From an uncultured bacterium (GTDB lineage: Bacteria; CAYUVA01): a DNA stretch of 64,000 nucleotides. This document shows, piece after piece, positions 38,886-48,691 of this stretch; the first letter of the stretch is position 1; the number at the start of each line of letters is the position of its first letter. A program made the position numbers and the translations under genes. The notes below the pieces were generated by a model. It was not told the DNA's origin and ran no database searches. It worked only from the letters and a program-made list of their open reading frames with translations. The stretch lies in NCBI GenBank assembly GCA_964448115.1, contig CAYUVA010000013.1:8351-72350 (forward strand), given 5' to 3'.

Positions 38886-38979
38886 GTGGATTTGGACCTG
38901 AGAAAGGACTGGGAAAATGATACCAGATTTCTTAGTATAACTTGAGCCATACCTGGTTTTGGTCTAATAAATAGCTGAC

Positions 38980-39465
38980 ATGAGCGAAAAGATCAGATTT
39001 GTAGCCGATGCTATGCTAGGGACCCTGGCAAAGAGGCTAAGGTGGCTGGGCTTTGATACGCTATATCAGCCTGGTATCGAGGATGAAAAACTGATCCAGC
39101 TTGCCTTACAGGATCGAATACTATTGACCAGGGACACTGAGCTAACCAGGCGAATAAACAGCATGAATCGGAAGCAAGACTCCCACATAAGATATATCTT
39201 CATAATCGGCGACAAGGTGAATGAACAGCTCGAGCACCTTAGCAGTGAACTTGGTGTAGCTATCAGGATGCAACGAAAAAGCAGATGCACGATATGCAAT
39301 ACGATGCTAAGACAAGTGAAGCCACACGAGGTTGCTGGACTTGTGCCTGAGTATATACTTAGTGTCCATCGTCAGTTCTATCTTTGCGATAATTGTAACA
39401 AGGCATACTGGAAGGGAAGCCACTTCGAGAGATTCATCGGGTCGCTACCTGATGAGGTTAAATAA
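38980..39465 (+). CDS. Mut7-C RNase (PIN) domain protein
   Basis: FVADAMLGTLAKRLRWLGFD, LLTRD, RCTICN, CDNC..YWKGSH. Confidence 0.9.
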   Translation: MSEKIRFVADAMLGTLAKRLRWLGFDTLYQPGIEDEKLIQLALQDRILLTRDTELTRRINSMNRKQDSHIRYIFIIGDKVNEQLEHLSSELGVAIRMQRKSRCTICNTMLRQVKPHEVAGLVPEYILSVHRQFYLCDNCNKAYWKGSHFERFIGSLPDEVK

Positions 39466-39480
39466 TGAAGGTAAAAGCAA

Positions 39481-40488
39481 ATGAAAAATAACATAACAAC
39501 CACCATCGCAATTGTTGGATTAGGTAACTGGGGCAAGAATCACCTCAGAACCTTCGATGCCATACCCTGGTGCCAAGTAAAGTATATCTTTGACAAGGAT
39601 AATAAATGCCTCAGCGAGATTGGTAATCGTTATGCACGGATTCGATGCGCCACCCGGTTCGGGGATATAATCGAGGATGCTGATATCGAGGGCGTGGTGA
39701 TTGCCACATCCTCCAATAGCCACTATTCGCTAACCAGAGATAGCCTTGTCGCCGGCAAGGATGTGCTGGTTGAAAAGCCGCTTGCCGGCACCAGCAGGGA
39801 GGCTTCCGAGCTATGCGAGCTGGCTCAAAGAAATGGCTGTATTCTCATGGTCGGACATCTACTATTATATCACCCGGCGCTGGCAAAGCTGATCGAGCTT
39901 ATCCATGAGGGTCTGCTCGGTGATATCTATTACTTCTACTCCCAGCGAACCAATCTCGGCATCATACGAGATGATGAGAACTGCATGTATAGCCTTGCTG
40001 CGCACGATATATCGGCTGCGTTGCATATATTCAACGGTGAAATGCCTCGAAAGGTAAGCGCGGTAGGAAGCTGCTATGTTCGAAAGGATATCGAGGATGT
40101 GGTCTTTTTGAATTGCATTTATGACAACGGAAGCTTGGCTAATATTCACACCAGTTGGCTGGATCCTCATAAGGTCAGAAGAATTACCGTGGTCGGCTCA
40201 AGGAAGATGGCTGTCTTTGATGACATGGAGACAACCGAGAAGCTGCGAATCTATGACAAGGGTGTCGATATGGATCATGGCTATAACTCGTTCGGCGAGG
40301 CTATGAGCCTGCGGTTCGGGGATATCTACTCGCCAAGCATCAACATGCGCGAGCCGCTCAGGCTGGAAGCGGAACACTTCCTCGATTGCATCGTCAACCG
40401 AAAGCAGCCTCTCACCCCCGGCCAGGAAGGGCTTAAGGTGGTACAGATACTGGAGCAAGCACAACAAAGCCTGAAAGCAAAAAGATAG
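39481..40488 (+). CDS. Gfo/Idh/MocA family oxidoreductase
   Basis: VGLGNWGKN, VLVEKP, MVGH, SWLDPHK. Confidence 0.92.
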   Translation: MKNNITTTIAIVGLGNWGKNHLRTFDAIPWCQVKYIFDKDNKCLSEIGNRYARIRCATRFGDIIEDADIEGVVIATSSNSHYSLTRDSLVAGKDVLVEKPLAGTSREASELCELAQRNGCILMVGHLLLYHPALAKLIELIHEGLLGDIYYFYSQRTNLGIIRDDENCMYSLAAHDISAALHIFNGEMPRKVSAVGSCYVRKDIEDVVFLNCIYDNGSLANIHTSWLDPHKVRRITVVGSRKMAVFDDMETTEKLRIYDKGVDMDHGYNSFGEAMSLRFGDIYSPSINMREPLRLEAEHFLDCIVNRKQPLTPGQEGLKVVQILEQAQQSLKAKR

Positions 40489-40499
40489 GTCATTAAATA

Positions 40500-40982
40500 G
40501 TGTCTGAACCCCATAAGAACATGGTCATTGAGACAAACTCCACCCAAGAGACCATCGAGCTTGGAGCCAGACTAGGCGCTAGACTCAAGGCAGAGGATGT
40601 AGTCTGCCTTATAGGGGATCTGGGCAGCGGGAAGACTCAACTGACCAAGGGAATAGCCAAGGGGTTGAAGATTAAAAGCCATCGATATGTTAACAGCCCC
40701 ACCTTCATGATCTTGAATATCCATCATGGCGAAACTTCGACCCTATATCATCTCGATTTCTATCGCCTGAACAACAAGCAGGATGCGCTTGATGCCGGGT
40801 TGGATGAATATATCCCCTCTGATGGGGTTACGGTAATCGAGTGGGCGGATCGCATAGCGGACATTCTCCCTGATCATAGGTTGGATGTGTATCTTGAGAT
40901 ACTCTCCGAGCATCATCGAAGGATAACAATCAGTAAGGTTGGTAGGTTTGACATCGACCTCGACACCCTGGAGGTTTTATGA
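40500..40982 (+). CDS. tsaE: t6A biosynthesis ATPase TsaE
   Basis: GDLGSGKT, SPTF, HLDFYRL, IEWA. Confidence 0.96.
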   Translation: MSEPHKNMVIETNSTQETIELGARLGARLKAEDVVCLIGDLGSGKTQLTKGIAKGLKIKSHRYVNSPTFMILNIHHGETSTLYHLDFYRLNNKQDALDAGLDEYIPSDGVTVIEWADRIADILPDHRLDVYLEILSEHHRRITISKVGRFDIDLDTLEVL

Positions 40983-41662
40983 GGCTGCTAGCCGTTGAAA
41001 CATCGACCCTTTACGGAAGCGTTGCTTTATTCGAGGGAGAAACCATGCTTGCTGAATTGACCTATCGGGCAGCTCAAACGCACTCTAAACAACTGATGGC
41101 AACAATAGATAAGGTCTTATCTCTCGGTGGCATCGAGGCGCATAAACTAGAGGCAATAGCGGTCTCACTGGGTCCGGGGAGCTTTACTGCCCTGCGTATA
41201 GGAGTGGCTACCGCAAAATCGCTTGCCCATATACTCGATATTCCGATGGTGGGGAGGCTCTCACTGGATATTCTAGCTGAGGGCTGCGGCGCTTATGATG
41301 GAAGAATTATCTGCCTGATCGAAGTGAAGAAAGGGGAGCTTTTTATAAGAAAATACGAGTCCAAGGCACTCGAAAAGAATGCAATGGATGATATTTCCAT
41401 TATTGCTATCAAGGATCTACCCGGGGTATTAAAAACAGGAGACCTGGTAGTCGGCGAGTTTATACATCGACAGGCGCCCCTTGCTGAGGCAATTTGCTCG
41501 GCAAAAGCAATCATCGCACCAATCGAGTTAGCCTTGCCCAGAGCTTCCGTGTTGGCTCGAATGGCTATGGGGAATCTGAAGCGAGGCGAAGCTGACTCCT
41601 ACCTAACCCTTGAGCCGGTGTATATCAAGATGCCGCCAATTAAAACCAAGAAGAGATGCTGA
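40979..41662 (+). CDS. tsaB: t6A biosynthesis protein TsaB
   Basis: LAVETST, HSKQL, GPGSFTALRIG, LEPVY. Confidence 0.95.
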   Translation: MRLLAVETSTLYGSVALFEGETMLAELTYRAAQTHSKQLMATIDKVLSLGGIEAHKLEAIAVSLGPGSFTALRIGVATAKSLAHILDIPMVGRLSLDILAEGCGAYDGRIICLIEVKKGELFIRKYESKALEKNAMDDISIIAIKDLPGVLKTGDLVVGEFIHRQAPLAEAICSAKAIIAPIELALPRASVLARMAMGNLKRGEADSYLTLEPVYIKMPPIKTKKRC

Positions 41663-42714
41663 TACTAGGTATTGATACATCCTGTGATGATACTTGCGCT
41701 GCCGTTGTCGAGGATGGATGCAAGATCCTATCTAATATAATTTCCTCCCAGGTAGAGTTCCACAGGGAATATGGTGGTGTAGTGCCCGAGATAGCCTCAC
41801 GCAAACATATTCTTAACATTCAACCAGTCATTCAGCAGGCTCTTGAAAAAGCCTTAATAGACTTCAACCAACTCGATGCGGTTGCAGTTACCCAGGGTCC
41901 CGGGCTTATAGGTTCGCTCGTCATCGGTATCGCTGCTGCCAAGTCCCTAAGCTATCTTAAACGCATTCCGCTTATTCCAGTAAATCATGTACTCGCTCAT
42001 GCATACTCCAATTTTCTAGTGGAAATCGATATCCATGACAGCTTCTCGCCACCTGCCTTTCCACTGCTTTCATTGGTCGTATCCGGCGGGCATACCGTCC
42101 TTCTAAAAGCATTGAGTCATCTTCAATACCAAGCCATCGGAACCACCCTGGATGATGCCGCTGGCGAGGCGTTCGACAAGGCAGCCAAAATGATGGGCTT
42201 GGGGTATCCTGGGGGGGCGATAGTCTCAAAATTAGCTATCGATGGTAATCCCGAGGCAGTTAGCTTTCCACGCCCAATGATGCACTCGGAGAGTTTTGAT
42301 TTCAGCTTCAGCGGCTTAAAGACAGCCATATTGCATCATCTAAGGCGCTATTATGGGGATATAACCTCACCAAGCTCGCCTCCCCTGGATATCCCAAGAC
42401 AAGACCTGGCAGATATATGTGCTTCGTTTCAGGAGGCTGTGGTCGATGTTCTTTGCAGTAAGACTATTAATGCCGCATCAGCCATGGATATTGATACGAT
42501 TGCAATCAGCGGTGGGGTAGCTGCAAATGCTCGTCTCAGAGGGCTTATGGCACAAAGAGCATCACAGGCTGGTATAAAGGTTTATTTCCCATCGCGGGTA
42601 CTATGCACCGACAATGCGGCGATGATTGCTGGATTGGGCTTTCATCTTATTAAACAGGGTCAAACAGCGGATATGAGCATGGATGGCATTGCTTCATTGT
42701 CCGAGATGATGTAA
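41656..42714 (+). CDS. tsaD: t6A carbamoyltransferase TsaD
   Basis: GIDTSCDDT, GGVVPEIASRKH, HVLAH, DDAAGEAFDK, FSFSGLKT, TDNAAMI. Confidence 0.97.
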   Translation: MLILGIDTSCDDTCAAVVEDGCKILSNIISSQVEFHREYGGVVPEIASRKHILNIQPVIQQALEKALIDFNQLDAVAVTQGPGLIGSLVIGIAAAKSLSYLKRIPLIPVNHVLAHAYSNFLVEIDIHDSFSPPAFPLLSLVVSGGHTVLLKALSHLQYQAIGTTLDDAAGEAFDKAAKMMGLGYPGGAIVSKLAIDGNPEAVSFPRPMMHSESFDFSFSGLKTAILHHLRRYYGDITSPSSPPLDIPRQDLADICASFQEAVVDVLCSKTINAASAMDIDTIAISGGVAANARLRGLMAQRASQAGIKVYFPSRVLCTDNAAMIAGLGFHLIKQGQTADMSMDGIASLSEMM

Positions 42715-42719
42715 CAATG

Positions 42720-43004
42720 ATAGGGGTAGGAAAGACCGGTTGCCTGGTCTCCCCTCCCCCAAGTTTGGGTCTGTCTCAAAACGCCAAAAATATCACCAAA
42801 ATGTCACTGCGAGCAAAGCGAAGCAATCTCTATCTTATCAAGACCGATGCGGAGGGCAACACTGGTCCCCCACCGGAATAGGCTTGAGACTTGAGGCTTG
42901 AGGGAGGAGAAAGGAAAAGAGAACCACAAAGCATGCCCTGAGCATAGTCGAAGGTGCACGAAGGCACAAAGAAAGAAGTGATAAGTGATACCGTGATATA
43001 ATTG
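42720..43004. repeat. Composite/nested intergenic repeat
   Basis: CTGTCTCAAAA..TGTCACTGCGAGCAAAGCGAAGCAATCTC, GGCTTGA heptamers, ACCACAAAG interrupted by CCCTGAGCATAGTCGAAGG, GTGATA octamers. Confidence 0.8.
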
Positions 43005-43631
43005 CTAGATGATCCCTAGCCAGTTGTGGATCAAGAAGTAGGTTCGCCCAATGAGTAGGGAGATTCGTGCCATCACCGTATAGCCGAACGATGCTCCGAA
43101 TCCCACCATGATAAAGACAATTCCAACCCTTGCAATGCCGCCTAGTACCCCTTTATGTTCTCTGCTAAAGAAGAAGTATATGAGGGTTGCCAGTACGCCG
43201 GCAAAGATAAACCAATTATTGATAATATCCCAAGCCATCAGCTCATGACCATATAGTGGGATCATAGTCGCCTCTGCTTGCTTAATCAGCCTTTGTTCAA
43301 CCATGCGAGGGATTGCGAAGCCGCTGGAGCCGCCGATCATAAAAGCGAGCGACCAACGCGATAACCAGCCGTACTTGGAGCTGAAACGAGTAAACATCAA
43401 AAGCCCTAGGATCAAAGGAATTATGGTGATGTACCTATGTTCCTTGAATAAAGGATCAATAAGATAAGGCTTCACCGCATTGTAGTAGAAGATGATCACA
43501 TAGTATCCGGCGGTAACACCGACCACCAGGTGCTCAGCAAACTTGTAGAAAGGATTGTCCTTGATCAGGAAGGAGAAGATAGAGAGGGTCAGAATGGCTG
43601 CGACCCAAGTAAAGAATAGCTCCTGTGTCAT
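43005..43631 (-). CDS. Conserved hypothetical integral membrane protein (gene 4 of the DUF6754-like operon)
   Basis: About 6 TM helices; LTLSIFSFLIKDNPFYKFAEH, YFFFSREH, GFGASFGYTVMAR. Confidence 0.85.
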   Translation of the reverse strand: MTQELFFTWVAAILTLSIFSFLIKDNPFYKFAEHLVVGVTAGYYVIIFYYNAVKPYLIDPLFKEHRYITIIPLILGLLMFTRFSSKYGWLSRWSLAFMIGGSSGFAIPRMVEQRLIKQAEATMIPLYGHELMAWDIINNWFIFAGVLATLIYFFFSREHKGVLGGIARVGIVFIMVGFGASFGYTVMARISLLIGRTYFLIHNWLGII

Positions 43632-43641
43632 AACCTTTCCC

Positions 43642-44484
43642 CTACCTCCTTCTCTTGTATTGTCCGGTAATAAAGTAGGCGAGATTACCCAGGATGATAA
43701 AAAATATGATAAGCAGATGTGATATGGACTGCGAGTCCATACCTGTATAAGCTCTCGCCTTGTGTTTGATTAACAGCTCATATTCAGCCGCTCCGCGCAA
43801 TCCGCCTAACAATCCAACTAATTGATTCGACTGCAAAAATGGATATGCATCGCTCGCCATCACGGCAGTTACGCCAGCTCCGATGGTGGCATTGAACTTG
43901 GCTCTGGCATAGTAAATCCAGGTCTCGTAATAGGCTGCACCGCTGATGGTTACTACCAATCCTATATCATCGTAGTTCTCTATTCCGTTTAACATTGGTA
44001 TTTCATCAGTACTGGTACCGTAGTAGTCATTTGGAAAAGCAGCCTTTATGCTTTCTCCAATCTTAAGAATCAATATTCCATATCCGACTCCGAAGCCAAG
44101 GAAACAGTAATCCTGACCATACACAGCACCTGTCTCCTCAGCAGTCTCTTTCACAGCCTGCTCAGCGATACCTGCTCCGGCTGGATGAAGTGTCATGACT
44201 GCTACTGGGATATCCTTGGATATGCAGTGTCTTAGTAATGCCTTTACCATCGGGAAAAGCTCCGGTTCCACCGCAGGATCAAAATCGCACGATATCAATA
44301 CGATCTTGCCGCTGTCAGCCATACTCTCCACTGTTTCGTACAGCCCTTTAACTGCCGGGGTGATCTCTATCGGTAGATTTAATGGCATAAAAAATGGAAC
44401 CAGAACAGCTAAAAATACACACAGAAAGATCCATCTCCTGTCCAAGTTATTGATATACTCGAATATTCTTTTAACCACATCCAT
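43642..44484 (-). CDS. Conserved hypothetical membrane-anchored protein (gene 3)
   Basis: N- and C-terminal TM helices flank an alpha/beta domain; YPFLQSNQLVGLLGGLRGAAEYE. Confidence 0.85.
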   Translation of the reverse strand: MDVVKRIFEYINNLDRRWIFLCVFLAVLVPFFMPLNLPIEITPAVKGLYETVESMADSGKIVLISCDFDPAVEPELFPMVKALLRHCISKDIPVAVMTLHPAGAGIAEQAVKETAEETGAVYGQDYCFLGFGVGYGILILKIGESIKAAFPNDYYGTSTDEIPMLNGIENYDDIGLVVTISGAAYYETWIYYARAKFNATIGAGVTAVMASDAYPFLQSNQLVGLLGGLRGAAEYELLIKHKARAYTGMDSQSISHLLIIFFIILGNLAYFITGQYKRRR

Positions 44485-44490
44485 ATTTGT

Positions 44491-45180
44491 TTATCCAGCT
44501 CCGCCCAGATAAGTTTTTTCTATGCCAAGTATGATCTTAAGGGCAGTCGATATCATCCCCAAGCCGACTCCTATGACGATACCACGCTTGGAAGCCATGT
44601 TGGGTATGTTCAGAATCCATTCTTTAAGCCACTCGAACAGTGAGACAGAGGTTGCATCCGGGGCGATCATACCCATTGCTTTCATAAAGGCGATGGTCTT
44701 CTCGCCGCTTAGAACAATCATGTTTGCGCCTATCGGAACCTGACCCAGCATCACGATTATGGCAGCTAAAAGTAGCAATGTGGAGGAAACATTGCGCATC
44801 CTGAAAGCCCTGAAGGTCGCAGAAGCTATGTAGAAGGCAAGAAGGCTGAACATGGTAGCCTGAATCGGCATCTGCACATTGAAGTAAACATATTGAAACA
44901 CCGTACCCTGCTCATGCCCGAAGAACCCACATATTATCATTCCCACCAATCCAACCAGGGTTACTATGCTGAATCCCCAGCCCTTTACCTTTCTCTTTAT
45001 CTTGTTGTAGTGATGATTAATAAGGCTCCCGATACCCAAAACCAGGGCAAATACGGTTACGATTAGCATCCACTGGGTGAGGTACTCATAAACATAATCC
45101 AAGGCGGGAATAAAGTACTGGATTACCGCAAAAACTCCAACCGCGAAACAGATTATTATCGGTATCGTCCTTTTAGCCAT
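44491..45180 (-). CDS. Conserved hypothetical integral membrane protein (gene 2)
   Basis: 5-6 TM helices; PIQATMFSLLAFYIASATFRAFR, RGIVIGVGLG. Confidence 0.85.
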   Translation of the reverse strand: MAKRTIPIIICFAVGVFAVIQYFIPALDYVYEYLTQWMLIVTVFALVLGIGSLINHHYNKIKRKVKGWGFSIVTLVGLVGMIICGFFGHEQGTVFQYVYFNVQMPIQATMFSLLAFYIASATFRAFRMRNVSSTLLLLAAIIVMLGQVPIGANMIVLSGEKTIAFMKAMGMIAPDATSVSLFEWLKEWILNIPNMASKRGIVIGVGLGMISTALKIILGIEKTYLGGAG

Positions 45181-45194
45181 AGAAAAATCCCATG

Positions 45195-46646
45195 CTAGAC
45201 GGTCAACCAATCTTTAAGAAAGTCATATCCAAGGGTTACCAGCAATGTCCCCACCACGAACATTACCAAAAGTATGATCTTAGACCAGTCCTGCCCCTTG
45301 AGGCTTCCCAAGAGCAATGGATCTCTGCTTATGTAAGCGCTTGCCGCGTAAAGCTCCTCGCCGATTAGGGTGTAATCGCAGGCGGTGATGAAAAAGGGCA
45401 ACTGTGTAACCGCATCGGTGCCAGCGATCTGGATGGCGCCGGTTGAAGCTCCGGTCTCTGCTAGAATAAGGGACTCAGCATAAAACATTCCCATATACAA
45501 CATGGTTGCAGGCTTATCCCTTACCATGATACCGCTCACCGCTGCTACATAACCGAACTGGTCATCGGTCAGATAGAATACATCCTCTTTTCGATACGCA
45601 TCCGGTCTGCCCACAGCAAGGTATGCCTCCTCGACCACTTCCTGCTGCACGGTCATTACCACCGCATCCCGACAGGGCACGATCAGTCTCGTATCGTACT
45701 GGGCGGTCTTCTTGGCTACTCCGCTGAGGATATTTATGGCAGCTATGGTGGCAACATCGCTAATGGTGCTCAATCCAGAAATATAAAGGATCGGTTTTCC
45801 CATCTCGGTTGCCCTGCCGACCGCCTCATCCATTGCATCGATAACCACCATCTTGCGGATGAAAAGATCCTTGCCTCGGCGAGCCTGTATGATGAAGTAG
45901 TAGATAAGCCCACAAAACAGGAAGGTAAATATGAAGGTCGGCACCTTGCTAGTATTAAAGTACTGGATCTTCGGTATCGCAGAGACGACTTTCGTCTCGG
46001 CCACCAAGCCGTCTTCGGTTATGAAGTTCAGCTTATAATAATAGCGTTCACCGTTCTTCAGCTTCGCTTCTGCGCCTCCCTCATCCTGGTAAAACTGCTT
46101 CCCATTCTCAATGATATTTATCACCTCGAAACCTGAGTCGGGATCATCAGAGCGGAGGATCTCCACTGTCTTGAGCCTTTTGGTCTCCGAGTCTGCATAG
46201 CTCCATTCTAGCGCAATTTTACCGCCATCATCATTGGGTTGATCCCTGGCGGCTAACTGGATATTGACCATGGGAGTTGCAGAGGCTGTATTGCTGGTTA
46301 TTACCCTCCCATCAGCTAGCTCGGCTGAGACCATGTATTGATAGGTCCTAGTGTTATCGAGTCCCCTGCCGAATGTCCCCTGGTCCTTGAAGGTTTCGCT
46401 AGGTTCATGCATCTCGAAGATCTTATCATAGATTTCCTCGCCTTTTACTTTACGGTATATGGTAAAAGAAGATACAAGGCTTTTATTCAGATCTGCTGGC
46501 AGCTCCCATTTAAGGAAGATGGTTCCACCTTGGTCAAAGGGAAAATCCTCCGCGTAGAGAGTGATGTTCATATCAGCAAGCGAACCGTATCCTGGCGGAG
46601 CAATAGCGAAACAAAGCATGGGTATTATTATCGCCACCCCTAGCAA
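45195..46646 (-). CDS. Fn3-repeat / DUF6754-like membrane protein (gene 1)
   Basis: Two Fn3-like repeats, a TM helix, then EAVGRATEMGKP, FYAESLILAETG, QLPFFITACDYTLIGEELYAASAY. The true start may be 46673/46676 (see findings). Confidence 0.82.
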   Translation of the reverse strand: MLGVAIIIPMLCFAIAPPGYGSLADMNITLYAEDFPFDQGGTIFLKWELPADLNKSLVSSFTIYRKVKGEEIYDKIFEMHEPSETFKDQGTFGRGLDNTRTYQYMVSAELADGRVITSNTASATPMVNIQLAARDQPNDDGGKIALEWSYADSETKRLKTVEILRSDDPDSGFEVINIIENGKQFYQDEGGAEAKLKNGERYYYKLNFITEDGLVAETKVVSAIPKIQYFNTSKVPTFIFTFLFCGLIYYFIIQARRGKDLFIRKMVVIDAMDEAVGRATEMGKPILYISGLSTISDVATIAAINILSGVAKKTAQYDTRLIVPCRDAVVMTVQQEVVEEAYLAVGRPDAYRKEDVFYLTDDQFGYVAAVSGIMVRDKPATMLYMGMFYAESLILAETGASTGAIQIAGTDAVTQLPFFITACDYTLIGEELYAASAYISRDPLLLGSLKGQDWSKIILLVMFVVGTLLVTLGYDFLKDWLTV

Positions 46647-46740
46647 GGATCCGATAACCTTTATTCTATTTATGATAGCTACTACTCCCTAGTTACGAAG
46701 TATTCTTACATATTGACAGGCAATTGCTAACATATCGGTT

Positions 46741-46911
46741 ATGCCATGTCAAGCATATTTTATTGATAAGATCCTCTTGGAAGGAGGCTATTGGGCTGAA
46801 GTCCCTGCTGTGTTGGTGTCTGCTACTCAAAGAGAGACATTCGAGGAACTTTTAGTAAGTATATATGAGGCTGTCGAAGGATGCCTATCGCTGGAGGTTA
46901 TGAATGTTTAA
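46741..46911 (+). pseudogene. Degenerate HicB-family antitoxin
   Basis: Below the ORF-track cutoff. EGGYWAEVPAVLVSATQRETFEELLVSIYEAVEGCL compares with the HicB pattern EGGYWAEVPA.PGC.TQG.T.EE...N..EA..GCL; no hicA nearby. Confidence 0.65.
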
Positions 46912-46917
46912 TTCAAT

Positions 46918-47994
46918 CTATTTATATTCCTTAATCTCTACCTTTCGATCAATAGCCAGGAATCCGCCCTGTGCCATCGCCTCTAGCTCACCCTCGCCAG
47001 GCACAACCTCGATGGGGGCAATAAAGCTCACATATCCTTTGACACCATTAACTACATATTCGCTGTAAGCGATGCCACCGGTTAAAATGATGCGATCCAC
47101 CTCGCCCCTCAGCACCGCTGCCAAGGCGCCGATATCCTTTGCTATGCGATAGATCATGGCATCGAGGATCAGCCTGGCTTTGTCATCTCCTGAGGCTATG
47201 CGTTGCTCCACCTCCTCGACCTTGGCTGTTCCCAGGTATCCCTTCAAGCCAGATTCCTTGGATAGTATCTTATAAAGCTTCGCCCGGTCGCAGTTCAGTT
47301 TATCAACGAAGTAGTCGATCAGCCCCTCGATGGGCAGTGTACCGGCGCGCTCTGGGGAAAAGGGTCCCTCGCCGAGCAGGGCGTTGTTGACATCGATCTG
47401 CCTTCCCTTGCGCAAGGGAGCGATCGAAATCCCTCCACCCATGTGAGCCACGATGAAATTGCAGTCCTCTATCGTTTTGCCGAGTTTGGCAGCGGTTTTC
47501 CTCGACACCGCCCGGATATTCAAGATGTGGGAGCGGGATTTTCGTTCGATCTCAGGATGTCCAGAGATGCGTGCTTCGGGGATGAACTCATCGATGGTAA
47601 TGGGATCGACCACATACGAAGGAACCATGTAGTGATCTCCCACTGCCTTGGCTATCATGGCACCGAGGTTGCTGGCATGATTGGAGTAGCGACAGGAACG
47701 AAGATCCTCTAATAGTTTAGATCCTATCGCATAGACGCCGCCCTCGATAGGCTTTACCGGACCTCCCCGCCCAACCACGGCAACTACCTTGCTTTTTAGA
47801 GCATCCACCTGATTGAGGAACTCATTGACCTGTGCGAACCGAGTCTGGAATTGCTCGGTTACCAGCTCGAACTTTGCCAGCTCCTTCTCATCATGGACTA
47901 TAGTACGATCAAGAACATTGCCATCTCTGTTAAAGGCAGCCAACTTTGTGGAAGTGCTGCCCGGATTGATCACGATCACCAGCTCATCAGCCAT
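46918..47994 (-). CDS. buk: Butyrate (branched-chain carboxylate) kinase
   Basis: INPGSTSTK, VGRGG, HASNLG, AHMGGGIS, GPFSPERAG, LTGGIAYS, PGEGE. Confidence 0.96.
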   Translation of the reverse strand: MADELVIVINPGSTSTKLAAFNRDGNVLDRTIVHDEKELAKFELVTEQFQTRFAQVNEFLNQVDALKSKVVAVVGRGGPVKPIEGGVYAIGSKLLEDLRSCRYSNHASNLGAMIAKAVGDHYMVPSYVVDPITIDEFIPEARISGHPEIERKSRSHILNIRAVSRKTAAKLGKTIEDCNFIVAHMGGGISIAPLRKGRQIDVNNALLGEGPFSPERAGTLPIEGLIDYFVDKLNCDRAKLYKILSKESGLKGYLGTAKVEEVEQRIASGDDKARLILDAMIYRIAKDIGALAAVLRGEVDRIILTGGIAYSEYVVNGVKGYVSFIAPIEVVPGEGELEAMAQGGFLAIDRKVEIKEYK

Positions 47995-48183
47995 TGCAAA
48001 GACCTCCTACAATATTGATTCGTTTTCATAGTAAGCAATTATGTCAGTTTGTTATTGCCAAATACTATCAATGAAAGATACTATTTTCCACCTTGTTTTC
48101 AATCCTTTCATACCCTCGTGCCCTTATACCTCTGTGTAGTTGGATGATCTTTGGCATTAAAGCGCTAACTGCCAATAAATAAC

Positions 48184-48367
48184 TGGATTCCCGCCTGCGC
48201 GGGAATGACAGAAGGGGGTTGCGGGAATGGCAAGAAGGAGAGCTAGTGAAAAAAACAAGTAGGGGGTGCAGAATTCTCATTAGACCCTGTCTCACCCAAG
48301 CATATTAAATTAGGGATAGACCTTTGTGTCTGCCCATTGAAGGGCGAACATATTGGTTCACCCCTAC
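48184..48367. repeat. REP-like palindromes
   Basis: GGATTCCCGCCTGCGCGGGAATGAC hairpin and a degenerate GTAG-type REP doublet (TAGGGATAGACCTTTGTGTCTGCCC...GGGCGAACATATTGGTTCACCCCTAC). Confidence 0.75.
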
Positions 48368-48465
48368 CTTCAATGTGATGACATGTTAGATATTGCTAAC
48401 TATCAACAGTTTTGATATTTGCATGTCGGGGCGAATATGGTATATTCGAGATCAAGGAAAAGGTT

Positions 48466-48648
48466 ATGGGCTATCAATACATACCGCTTATCATTATAGG
48501 TTTAGTCGCATTGTTCTGGGGCTTCTGGGCGGCACACGAGGCGAAGAAGCCGCTCGATATCATTGGCGCCATAGCTGCTCCGGTAGGGCTAATAGTGGCA
48601 CTGTTGGGGGTACTGCTTCTTTGTGTCCCCGGATTCTTCTCAGGCTGA
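48466..48648 (+). CDS. Small two-TM membrane protein
   Basis: MGYQYIPLIIIGLVALFWG...LLLCVPGFFSG, with AAGGA upstream. Confidence 0.7.
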   Translation: MGYQYIPLIIIGLVALFWGFWAAHEAKKPLDIIGAIAAPVGLIVALLGVLLLCVPGFFSG

Positions 48649-48691
48649 AGCGCCATTGTTTTATTACGATACACCAGTCGCTGCTGAACGA

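Noticed and set aside
48068-48295. 75-aa ORF containing SFPRRRES
   Set aside because: It is the translation of the ATTCCC..GGGAAT palindrome, not a gene.
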